The position numbers and the translations under genes are program-made. DNA of 64,000 bases. Origin: Bugula neritina (taxonomy: Eukaryota > Animalia > Bryozoa). The notes beneath the pieces were generated by a model. It was not told where the DNA came from, did not search any database, and worked only from the letters and a program-made list of their open reading frames with translations. Below, in pieces: positions 39,430 through 51,400 of the stretch. Positions within the stretch are counted from its first letter, which is position 1; each line of letters begins with the position of its first letter. The stretch is taken from positions 9,620,581-9,684,580 of the forward strand of contig OZ037767.1 of NCBI GenBank assembly GCA_964035545.1, in the 5' to 3' direction.

Positions 39430-40360
39430 TCAACTCAGGTAAAAAATTTATCAAAGCAACCAACTCTAACAAGGAAACCAAATCCACCAAAACAACCAAC
39501 TCTAACAAACCAGCCAAATCAAGCAACAAAATCAAATCTCTCTAAACTACCAGCACAGCCAAAACGAACAACTCTAATAAAGAAATCAAATATGTCAAAA
39601 CAACTAAATCCACCAGCGAAATCAACAAAACCAGACCCACGTACTCAGACAATAAAACCAAAACAACCACCAAAGTCAAATCCACCAAAGCAATCAATTC
39701 TAAAAAGGACATCAAATCGACTATTGAAAACAAATGTGCCAAAACAACAAAATCCATTAACAAAACTAAACCCAACAACTAAACCAATAAAATCAAGCCA
39801 GCCTACAAAATTCAAGCAACCAGCTCAAACAAGAGGCAAAAATATTAAATATCTTCTAAAAACTAAAACTACAAAATTTGCTGCAGCGAAAATGAAAATG
39901 AGCCAAACAAAAAAAACAAGCTTCCAAAAATCAACAAACTGCCTGCACTCCTACACAGCTAAAGCCAAAAACATTTTTAAAAACTACTTCTACTAAACAA
40001 ATCCGTCAACTAATCACACCAAACACAAAACCTATTAATATTCTTAAACAAAATTCAATAATTCTACCATCTGCCCAAACAAAGCCTTCAACTTCCAGCC
40101 TTCTGAATGAAGTGCAAGAGCTTGTCCAGTTGACTGCCCATTTACACCAACGTTGTGTGGCATTAGAGGCTCTACTTTCCAGCGATAACTTTTAGTTGTG
40201 TATAGCAGGTATTTTTAATGAGGTTGAAAGTGACAGTGACACCAGTTTTAACACCAGGCATCACATTTTACTGAGAGTAGGTAGTGTTTATATGTAATTA
40301 GTCAAAACAAATATAATTAGAAATTTCTCATTTGTTCTCCTAAACCAAACTACAATTACA
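39430..40360 (+). repeat. Low-complexity A/C-rich degenerate repeat followed by a third copy of the duplicated module
   Basis: K/T/N/S-rich frames with stops; 40120-40350 matches 54900-55150 (direct) and 16960-17215 (inverted). Confidence 0.65.
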
Positions 40361-42549
40361 TTTATACATAAACTTTTACCTCTTTATTTATTTTCATAAA
40401 CCCACTAGATTTTTGCATTGTTTTACTTTTTAGTTGCTATAATATTATTGTTTATTTTAGTAGATAACTTATAATTTACCCAGTTAAGTTACAGATGGTT
40501 TAAAAGAGAGGCTTAGCTCTTTGTTTCAAAGAATCCTTCTCACCATCTATTAAATATTCACACTACTATACCCATATTTAGTTCTTTTAGTTTAAACAGT
40601 GAACCCACAATCAAGTTAGTATATTATTTTAGTTACTTCAACATATATTTATAAAGTTTATTATCATTTTTTTTTGGTCAAAAACAAACTGACTGTTAAG
40701 TTTATTTGAAGGAGCAGCTTGTGATTAAGGAATGGCTGTATTAGAAGTGCATAGAATGTGTATCTCTGCAGTGTAGAGTTGCAGCTAAACTTGCTAGAGG
40801 TTGCTCTGTCATCTCTCTATAAAATGTTTATATCGATAAAAATAATGGTTATTGTATATATAGTCATTAGTGCATGTGAATGTAACTGGTGGTTGCTAAA
40901 AGTAGTTATAATGCCAGCTAAATACTCAAATGTTAACTGTAATGTTCTAAGATGTCTATAGCTGTAGACAATTATAGTGACAGTGGGAAATGTAACACTT
41001 TCAACTTTTCAGCCATTATGGTATAGTGCCTACTTTCTAATATTTCATATTGGACACACAAATAAAGGGTGTTTCAAGTATAATTATTTCAAATTGTATC
41101 AACTTTTGCATCAGCTAAAATACTTTTCTCTATAAGAGAAATTGGTTTGAAATACTACTTCATTATACTTAATAGTGTTTAAAAACAGGCTGGATTTTTG
41201 TTTGTAAGTGTGGTACACAAGCCCTTACCCTTAGTTTGAATGGTTATAAATACAACAGCTAACTAAATCACGTTGACAAAATATTGGCTATAGTGAATAT
41301 AGTCTACTATACTTAATCTATCACATAATTTTATAAAAATTGCTGCAAAAAATGTGTATAAATGTTTTATTGTTTGATGTATAATTTAATAATTTGCCTT
41401 GCCTTGTTTTTATTTATGTTGTGCATAATATTATATCAGTAAAATACAATAAGCTTTACATTGATTTAAAATGTGTTTTGATAAATATTTGTTATGTTGA
41501 TTATCAAAACAAAATATGTTATAAGAAAAATGAGGTCTACAACGTTTCCAGCTAAATGTCAATTGAAATAAAAACAAACTAGTGAGTCATAAACTCAATT
41601 TGAACTTGAAGAGAAAACTTCTGAATTTAACAAAACTGCTTTTGTTTTCTAAAAATAAATGTATGTGGAAATTCTAAATATATGTCTTTAATGTGACTGC
41701 TGTCATCTTAATTAAAAGGATAAAAATTAACATTTTAAACAAGTCAAAAGTAAAAACTATGAGAAAATGCAGTTGTTGATTTAATACTTATAATTATTTC
41801 ATTAAATACTAACTGCAAAAAATTCAAATATTGATGACTAGTGTAATAAAGCAATAAGTGTTCATAAAAATAATGCTTTTCATAGTTATACAAAGCAAGT
41901 AAACTATTTGGTAAATAGAAAATGCTGACATACATAAGTAATAATAATAATTATTGCCAACAACTACACTCTTAGAATCTTTGGAGTCTGAATTTAAACT
42001 AAGACTTTCTAGCACAATAACAAGAGGAAACCAATCTAAATGTAGATTATAGCATTCTTTTTAACTAGCAAGTTATTAGTATTGCTATCACTGCATTTCT
42101 ATGACTGCCATTATGGAATGAATGTTGTTTGTGGTTTGCATTAACTTATAGTTGTGGTTTCGTTCAATGTAACTAGTCCATGGGGCAATGAAAAGATCCA
42201 TTCGCATAATGCGATAATGGAAATGTAGTGTATATATTACATTTTAAAAAAGCTTCAAATATTTCCTAAAAACTTGTTTAATTAAATTAAAATACATTTT
42301 AATCTCCTTTATTAGCAGTAGACCTGCTTCTCAGAACACAAAATAAAATTCTTTTAAATAGATAAAGACTGCTGTTGCGTAGCTTTGAAATATTACATAT
42401 TGCCTTCGCCACCTTTACAATCACAAAGCATGCTGTGTAGATACAGAGTATAATAATATTAAGAATTTTCTAAAAATGGCTAAAATGAATTAATAGTGAA
42501 ATTTATTATCTGCAAAATTAAGGTAATAGACAAATGCACTAGCTTATCC

Positions 42550-44220
42550 AGATAACAGCTGGGGAGAGTTATTTTGGAAGCAGACAAGAATTCAACATCA
42601 TTATGACAAGGACGACTTCTGTTATAAGATCTATAAAATAATTTTTCTCCCATTGGAATTTGAACTACTGTAGGCAGTACAAGGACCACTGGGAAAGTTT
42701 CACACTACATCCCATCCAGTTCTCTAAAACTCCTCTGGCCCCTCTACTACTTTTTCATTTTTAGGTTCCCCTGGTCTCTCAACTCTCTGAGTACTACTAT
42801 ACTACTACTATACATACAGGGGCCACTGAATTATTTTAACACTACAGCAACAACTAAATAAAATCTTGTTAGTAGCAAAAAGTTAGATAAAAAAATTGTT
42901 TAAAGAGAAAAAGCTAAATAAAAACGTACCAGAGCAATGCATGCTGCCGTACAAGTGAGGCGCAAGAGGGACCACTCAGCTGGCGTATGGCTTTAAGTAT
43001 AGATGCTAAGATTATAAAACTTTTTTGCCACTGAAATTTGAACCCGAGATATCGGACTTGTAGCAGACGGGCTAACCATTACACCACAGAGACTACTGGG
43101 TTAATTATAAGCACTACATATTATCTTTACTTTCTTCAAATATATTGCATAAAAAAAACTGAAAATTTTCTTGTAAAAGTATGAAAAATTAAACTTAAAT
43201 AAGGTTTTGCCAATATGTTAGCATCTGTCATATAATAATGTAATATTTAATTTTCAATCTACATCTTTTAATATTACTGTTCATTGTAAAAAAAACACTT
43301 AGCAAGTCTTGAACATATTATAATATAATATCTTATCACCCAACTGACATAAATTCTATCCTAAACCTAATTTCACTACTATTCTCCAATCAGCTTTTTA
43401 ATATACAGAAGCTATATTCATATGCTTAAATGCTTCAGCAAATAGCCAACATATTCTATACAGCTAGTAGATACTGCTTAGAGTATTTATCCTGGTAAAT
43501 GTCTATTTTGATAGTATAGTAAATTTCATATAAATTTCTTTTCCCGTGATTTTTATAATAACTTAATTCTCTTTGTTTCTCAGCAATGTCTCAATCATCC
43601 AAAATGTCTGCTTGTCCACCAAGTTAGTACAACATTCTGTAAAACTTGCTAACTAGTTATCAATATTTAAAACAGAAAGTGCAAAAAATGTAGAGACAAC
43701 TTCTTATTAAGCTCATATATGAATAGGTCTTCAATTAGTTACATTTTACCATTTTGCAGTTGTTGACTAACAGAAGATTCTTGAAACATCTAATTACTAC
43801 AAACAAGAAACATATAGTCAATTAGTCACTATGTTGACTGGGAGTCTTTTTATGATAACTTAGACTCTGCAGAACAATATAAACATCCAGTAAACTCAGA
43901 CACTTCCACTTCTACTCTCACTGTAAACACTCAACTTCTTCTTATTAACATGTCACTTACTGTATCTGACACTTACCTACCAGATAGTACTGTGAGAGAA
44001 CTTACTGCTACCTGGGAAAACACGGTTTCAAATCAAAATTATTTTTCTGTCACTTCATTCCCAAAAGTTGATGAGCAAGATCTAGTCTTTGTTAACAAAC
44101 AAGATTCAGTATATGACAAATATTTACCAGAAGAATTTGAAGTTCCTCTGTCTGAAGTCATCTCTGAGGCTTTCACAGTTTTAAGACTGAATATTGCAGA
44201 AAATGTCAATTAAGCTGGTG
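42550..44220 (+). pseudogene. Possible degenerate exons of an unidentified gene
   Basis: Exon-like segments with AG/GT borders (~42550-42668, ~43760-44218), the second containing stops. Confidence 0.3.
43030..43110 (-). mobile_element. tRNA-derived repeat head
   Basis: Minus strand CCCAGTAGTCTCTGTGGTGTAATGGTTAGC...GGGTTCAAAT. Confidence 0.55.
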
Positions 44221-44747
44221 AGTGTGTTCCGGCAGCTGTATGTTCATTTCAATAACATTCAAAATAATGTTTTAAAAAATATATAATTGTTAATGGGAAG
44301 ATAAAATTACCATGAAAAGTACTGCACTTTGTTTTTCAAAATCATAATTAAATATTATATATATCAGTAAAACTTCAAGTTTTTGGTTTATATTTTGGAG
44401 ATATTTTAATTTAAATGAAAGTTTTTAAATCAAAAATACACTTTAATATGCCGACCAAATGTAGCACTAGCGTACACAAATTTAACAGTTATAGGGTACA
44501 TAACTCATGTAAAATTGCATTTAAAACTAATGTTTTTACAAAAATCATGATGTTTAAAGGAAAGCTGTTTTCATGACCACATGTATATACATACTTAAAT
44601 AATTTAAATAAAATGGTTTCAAACTACAAGAATAATTTGACCTAGCCGTACTACAAGAAGTTTTGTATTAGCCAAATTAATTGCAAAATTATGATCTAAT
44701 TCAATCAGAAGCCTATAATTTAATGCATGAAGCCAGAAGTGACATAT

Positions 44748-45138
44748 TGTGATAGTTTTGTGGATTGTGAATGAAACTAGTGCTGTTACATGCTTGTATG
44801 AGAAACAAGGCGAGAAATAAGGTAAAATGTAGATAATCTTTATTGTAGTATAGTCCGAGTGAATCAATGGTTTTTATCCAGCGAGCTCCAGTAGTAGACT
44901 GAACTATACTGGAACTCGCTGGCTTTTATATACATGCAGGACAAAGACATTCCTTTGTTGCCGAGATCGGAGGCCCGAAATACCGAATATCGGTACTTCG
45001 GGAATCCGAAATGCCGAATCCGGCATTTCGGTACTTCGGTATTCCGATATGCCGAGAATCGGCATATCGGTGTTTCGGAGGACCGAAGTACCGATCTCGG
45101 TAACAAAGGACACATACACACAACATAAATTTACCACA
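44748..45138 (-). repeat. 3' LTR of element C
   Basis: Direct repeat of 52341-52731. Confidence 0.96.
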
Positions 45139-45429
45139 CACACCCCCCATCGGAAAGCATGCTTTCCGATAAAGAGGCGTACACAACACAAACACACAAC
45201 AGGGAATGACACGACAATAAAACGCACAGTTGAAAGTAACACACGGAAAAAAATATGGTAAACATGCAGTGATAGTAATAATACAATGACAACAAAAAAA
45301 ACAGGGAAAATTTGTGCACACACAAGAAAAACAGAGTATGAATAGGTACATACATTACATGAAGAACTTACACACATATAATAAACAAACAAAGAATAAG
45401 AATAGAAAAGAAAATACTATACAATAGTC

Positions 45430-48400
45430 TCAGCGGCGGTCGCCAGATCGACCCCGCTCCAGGCGGCTAACTCGTCTCCGGAGTTGCCCCAGCTCCTCTT
45501 CATATCTGCGGAGCTGCCGGCGTAATTGGTGTACCTCCTCTGCCAACTGAGCTGACGTCTGGTGCCTAGGGCGGTCGGTGGTACCACGGGCAGGACGTCG
45601 CTGGCGGTGCGTCTGCTTCTCGCCCGCCGCCGAGGGTCGGGGGCCCAGGTCCGATGAATCGGCCCTGGCACCTGGTCCGACCCGTGCCAGCATGACCCGA
45701 AGTGGCTGGGTGGCTGCCGGTTGGGGGGTTGCGGCGGGCTCCCCTTCTTCCTCCCGAACAGGCCTACACGCGGGGAATCCCAGGGCGAGAGCAGCCCGTT
45801 TGTGGGGATCCGCCACGTGTGGCAGCACCAGGTCCCGAAATTCGGGAAAGGAGGCCTGGTCTACAGCAAACGTGTAGCCCGTGTGGCAGTGAGCTATGCG
45901 TTGATGTCTCAACACATAGTCTCTCTGGTAGGAGAACTCCCCACACGGGCAAAACACGTTGATGTAGTGCTGTGGGGCGTGTACGCGCAACCGCCGTGCA
46001 GAGGAGAATTTCCTCTTACACTCATGGCAGATGCGGTTGCCCGGCTCACCGCAAGCATCACCAATTTTTAGGTTGGTGGGTCCAGTCACCCAATACTGGC
46101 GGGCGACCAGGGCCCGAGGCAGGGCCAGTATTGGGGAGGTATCTTCTTCTGCTGGCAGGTGGTCGCCGTGTAGGATGCCCTGCTCCTCCCCGGCCGTGAG
46201 CTGAAGCTCGACCGGTTTGGGGTCAGGGCCAACCATGGCGGAACACACCTCTGTGGAGGAGGTGGCGGCCTGCTGGCTGGTAGAAGCCGAAGCAAGGGCC
46301 GGTGGGAGAGGGGAGTCGGACCGACTGGCCTCCTCAACGTCCATTCGCTCCTCTAGAATAGATAGTAGAGGCTGTGAGAAGCCGGTCTCACTATCGCCGA
46401 AATTCGGCACAGGCGTGTATGGAGATAAGTTAAAAACCGAGGGCCGAGGTGTATCGCAGAAATTGACTGAGCCTACATCGTGATTTAACAAAGTATCAAT
46501 GGCCGAGTCATCTCCAAGATCCATCTCGGCCTCCGGTTCTAAGAAATCAGAACCAAGTAAGTCTAGTAAAGACCAGTCTACTGTAGTTTGACTAGACTCC
46601 GCAACTGGAGGATCTAATCTAGAAGAAATACCTGATTGTGTATCTGGTAGAGTAATGCCCATAGCTGCTGATAGCGTACGGAGAACAGTGATAAAATCAA
46701 AATGAGTATTAGAATCAGAATTTAGTTTGAGTTGCAACTGCCGTGCGAGCTGTGTGAAGTCAGAATGAGAAATTGCCGAACCTCGTGCTTCAGAAGTTTT
46801 ACCTGCTGAAGCCCGAGTCGCGTGGCTCGTGGGAATTTCCCCCGGATTTTGAAAAGACAACTCGCGTGATCGAGTGTCTTCCGAAATTCGGTCGGCCATT
46901 TCTTCTTCTTGGTGGAATTCTCCGGGGTGATGGAGGGAATTTCCAACCAAGATGGGGTGGCAGTCAGTGTGGGGGGGGTCTTCCTCAGGAGGGGGCCCCT
47001 CCAGGTGTCCTACAGCATAGTCTGCCAGGTACCTGGGAGGTCTTCTTGGCCGCTGGCTCCTCTCAAGTGGAACAGACTCTGGTGGTGTTGGTGGCTCCTG
47101 GGCTGCCCTGGTAGGGGGGTCCCCGTCTTCACCCCGTACGGGGGTGGGGGTGTCCTCCCCCGGGAAGGGTTGTGAGCCAAGGGCTTGCCGCTGTTCCTGC
47201 TCCCGTTCCGCTCTCTGCTGTCGCTCCAGCTGCTCTATCAGGGCGGCTTGCTCCTGGTCCGCCTCCCTGGGGACCATAATCTCCACCTCACGGGGCCGGG
47301 TGGCCCGTCCACGACGGTTGGGCTGACGGTGGGGCTCCAAGAGGGGTGGAGCCTGACCCACCGCGACTGGGCTGGCATGGTAAGGTTTGAGGCGCTGCTC
47401 GCTCTGGACAGAGACCTGTCCAGAGCGCTCCACACGGTATGTGTGGTTGGGCAGCACCTCTACTACGCAGTAGGGGCCGACGAACTTGGGCTGAAGCTTA
47501 GCCGACTGTCCGCGCCGCCTACGGTAACTCACCATCCAGACCCAGTCTCCCACTTGGTACAACGGGGGCTCCTCTGAGTCCTCTGTGCGAGTCTGCCACT
47601 GCTGGGTGCGCAGCGCATCATGAGCTTTGCCCATGATGTCCATCAGACCCTCCACATATTCGTGTACCGGTGACTCGGGGGCAGGAACATGGTACGTCAG
47701 GTGTTCCGGGACCCGCGTCTCTCGGCCTAACATCAGGAAGTTTGGGGTCTCCTGCGTGGCGGAGTGTGGTGTGCTGCGGTAAGCCCGCATGATCTGTGGC
47801 AGCACCACGTCCCATTCTTCCTGACTTCGACCAAGCAGCAGGCTCCGGAGCGCGTCACCCAACATCCTGTTGTTCCGCTCGACGACTCCGTTCCCTTGCG
47901 GGTGATATGGGGTGGTCCGACTCTGGTTCACCCCCCATATCCGGCAGAGGTCTCCCATGAGCTGGGACTGGAACTGGGCACCCTGGTCTGTATGTATCTG
48001 CTCGGGCAAACCGAGGTAACAGAATACATGTTGGTCCAGGGTCCGGGCCACCGTGGGGGCGGTGGCGTCTGGAATAGCCAGAGCATCCGCCCACCGGGTA
48101 AAGTGGTCCGTGAGCACCAGTATCCAGGTGTTCCCTCTGGCGGATAACGGCATAGGCCCGACGAGGTCTACCGCCACTACTTGCCACGGTCGACCAGCGT
48201 ACAGCCGGCGTCGACCAGTGGTTTCCGTGGGGCGGCCATGCTTGCTAGCTTGGCAGACCTCGCATTGCCGTACCCGCAGTCGTACGTCCCGAGTCATTCC
48301 GGGCCAATACCAACGTAGCCGCAGACACCTGATGACCCGACTGACTCCAGCATGAGCCTGCTTATGGGTGTCCCAGATCAGTTCCCGCCGGAGGGCGCGT

Positions 48401-51400
48401 GGACAGACGACGCGGTCCCTCTTCTGCTGGCGGTTGTCTGCTGCTAACGTTATCATCAGGAGGCCATCGGGACTGACCTTGAGGGCATCCCAGCGACGAC
48501 AGAGGAGTTGGAACTCAACGTCCCCCTGTCGCTGCTGTTCCTCGCTAGGCCGTCGGCCCTCCTTCTTGGCCCGGAAGATGTCTGCTACCGCGCCGGGTAG
48601 CGTCTCCTGGAGTCGGCACAGCTCCTTGACGTTCTGGTGCAGAGTAGGGTTGGCGTGGAGTGCCTGGACACCGTCCTGGTGGGTTTCGGTCCGAAGATGG
48701 CCGTGCTCCCACTGGTAGGTGGTGCCCTCCACTAGTCCTGCTTCCACGTCAAGGCGAGCGGGTCCCCCGTCCCGCCGTTCAATGTGTAGGCATTGCTTAC
48801 AGTCCTCTACCGGCCGGCGGCTCATGCCGTCGGCGTTCCCATGCTTCCGGCCTGCACGGTGCTCTATCCGGTAAGAGAACTCAGCAAGAATCTCTAGCCA
48901 ACGAGCCACCTGGCTCGAGGGCTCTGCACGTTTACACAGCCATATCAGTGATGCATGGTCTGTTCGCAGACGGAACGATTTCCCATACAGATATGGCCGA
49001 AAGTGCTTGACCGCCTTGACTACTGCTAGGAGTTCCTTCCTAGTGGTGCAGTAGTTCTTCTCGGCGGCCGCGAGAGTCTTGCTATAGTAAGCCACGACCA
49101 CCTCACTTCCACCCTGGACTTGAGACAAGACGGCTCCCACGCTGTGGTCGCTGGCGTCGATGTCCAGGATGTACTCCTTGGCTGGATCAGGATACGCCAG
49201 GATTGGCGCTTCCATTAGCCGTTGCTTGAGGTGGTCGAATGCCTGTTGCTCCTCCTGTGTCCACTGCCACCGGACTCCCTTCGCGGTCAGCCGATTTAAC
49301 GGTTGAGCCACTCCTGCGAACCTAGGTATGTACTGCCGGTAGTACCCTACTAGGCCCAGGAAAGCACGCAACTCAGGGAGGTCACGGGGAACAGTCCACT
49401 CCTTCACAGCTTGTACCTTCTCTGGATCGGTAGCGACCCCATCACGGCCAACCACATGGCCCAGGTACGTGACTTCTGGCTGCAGGAGTGCACACTTGGA
49501 GGGCTTCAGCTTCAGTCCAGCAGCCCGGAGACGGTCAAAGACCTCCCGCAGACGGCCGACATGAGTCGAGAAGTCTGGGGAGATGACAATGACGTCGTCC
49601 AGATAGATGAGGAGGGTCTTCCAGTGTAACCCACTGAGGACTTGCTCCATGAGTCGTTGGAATGTTGCCGGAGCGGACGTCAGTCCGAATGGCAGTACTT
49701 TCCATTTCCAGAGCCCGTCGCGAGTAATGAATGCTGCTTTGTCCTGTGCATCAGGGCTGAGGGGCACTTGCCAGTACCCACTAAGCAGATCCAAAGTACT
49801 GAAGTACTTGCTACCCGCGAGGGCGTCTAGAGACTCATCTATCCGGGGGAGAGGGTAGGCGTCCTGGATGGTAGCGTTGTTGAGTCTGCGGTAGTCCACG
49901 CAGAATCTCCAGCTACCATCCTTCTTCTTGACCAGGACCACTGGGGAGCTCCACGCACCGTGGGCAGGCTCAATCAGATCCCGGTCCAGAAGATCCTGTA
50001 CCTGTCGGCTCACCTCCTTCTCCTTCTCCGGGCCCAGACGTCGGGTAGGCTGCCTGATGGGAGTGGTGTCGGCTGCCAGGGGTATCTCATGAGAGATAAC
50101 CTTAGTCAGCCCCATGTCTCTATCGCCACGACTGAAGACATCACTGTACTCCGCGAGTAGTTGAGCCAGTACTTGGCGTTCAGTACTACTCGTACAGTTT
50201 CCGCATGCTCCGCCATACAGGTCAGCCAGATGCTCCGGGACTGCTTCTCGTCTGGTGTGAGGGGGGTTTCCCTGGTTGTCGGCCACTGTCTCCAGTGCCG
50301 GACCCACATCCGCTTCCTGGATGGAGTGGTACTTCCCCACCAGCGCTCCAGCCGATAATTGGACAGGTTCCGTGAAGGGGTTGATGCACTGCACGAGGAG
50401 CTCTTGCCGACAATCTAGCCGATTCAGGCTGTTTGCTAGTCGGATGGCTCCGTGCGTTCCTTCAACCATCCCCAGGCCGGCGATCTCCTTGCAGTTGACT
50501 CTGCATCGGAGAGTCGCCTGGGACCTCCCCGGAACTGTGCAGTCCCGCACTACCTGGACTCCGCCCACCAAGGGCCTGCCAAACTTGTCAACACAGACAA
50601 GTTCCTTCCCAGCCATCACCACCACTGACTTCTGGAAATCCATGTGGCACTGGTGTTTCTCCAGGAAGGGCATTCCCAAGATGGCGTCCTCCTTCAGCTG
50701 GCTGACTATGAACGTCTCGTGAACTGCTTGATCACGGACGCGTCCAGGTAGTGAAATGACGCCGTAGAAAGGAATGCATGATCCGTCCGCCAACGTACCA
50801 TGCGCACCTTCATACGGCTCGAGGCTCGCCCGCTCTCGTGCACCAAGGGTGTCAAAGAGACGCCTACTCAGCAGGTTGGTAGTGCACCCAGTATCCAGTA
50901 GGAATGTGGCAGCTTTACCCGAAATCTTTCCGGGCAGGAAGTAGCTGCTTCCATACGGCTGGGTGCTCCTGGAGCGGTCAGTCTCTGGGGGAGACACGAC
51001 TTGGGTCCACACAGCGGGCCTCCTCTTCGTCTTAGAGACAACGGGGGTTTTCTGAGGTCGGGAGGGTAGCTTGGGATACTCTTGCGAGTAAGCTGAATCC
51101 TCCTCCACAACCTCCTCGGGCAACCCCGCGAACCGGTTACGGAGTGGCCAGGCTGGAGGATCGGGTAGACCTTGCGGCCTCCGAGATCTCCGAGGTGTCT
51201 GCCATCCGGTTTCTTCTAGTTCCATCCGGGTATCGAGTGGCAGGGCAGGAGGATCGGGTAGGCCTTTCGGTCTCCGAGATCTCCGGTTTGCGTGCCACTC
51301 GATGTAGGTCGACTCTGGAGAGGTCTCTTCTGTTGTCTTCCGAGTCCTATCCCGGACCGGATTGGCGTGGGGCCCACGGGTGGCGGAATTCACCGTGAGC

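Noticed and set aside
39315-39996. K/T/N-rich histone-H1-like ORFs
   Set aside because: Low-complexity repeat with stops; no globular domain or supportable gene model
44864-45392. ORFs overlapping the element C LTR and 3' UTR
   Set aside because: Arise from palindromic and GT-rich low-complexity sequence duplicated in the LTRs
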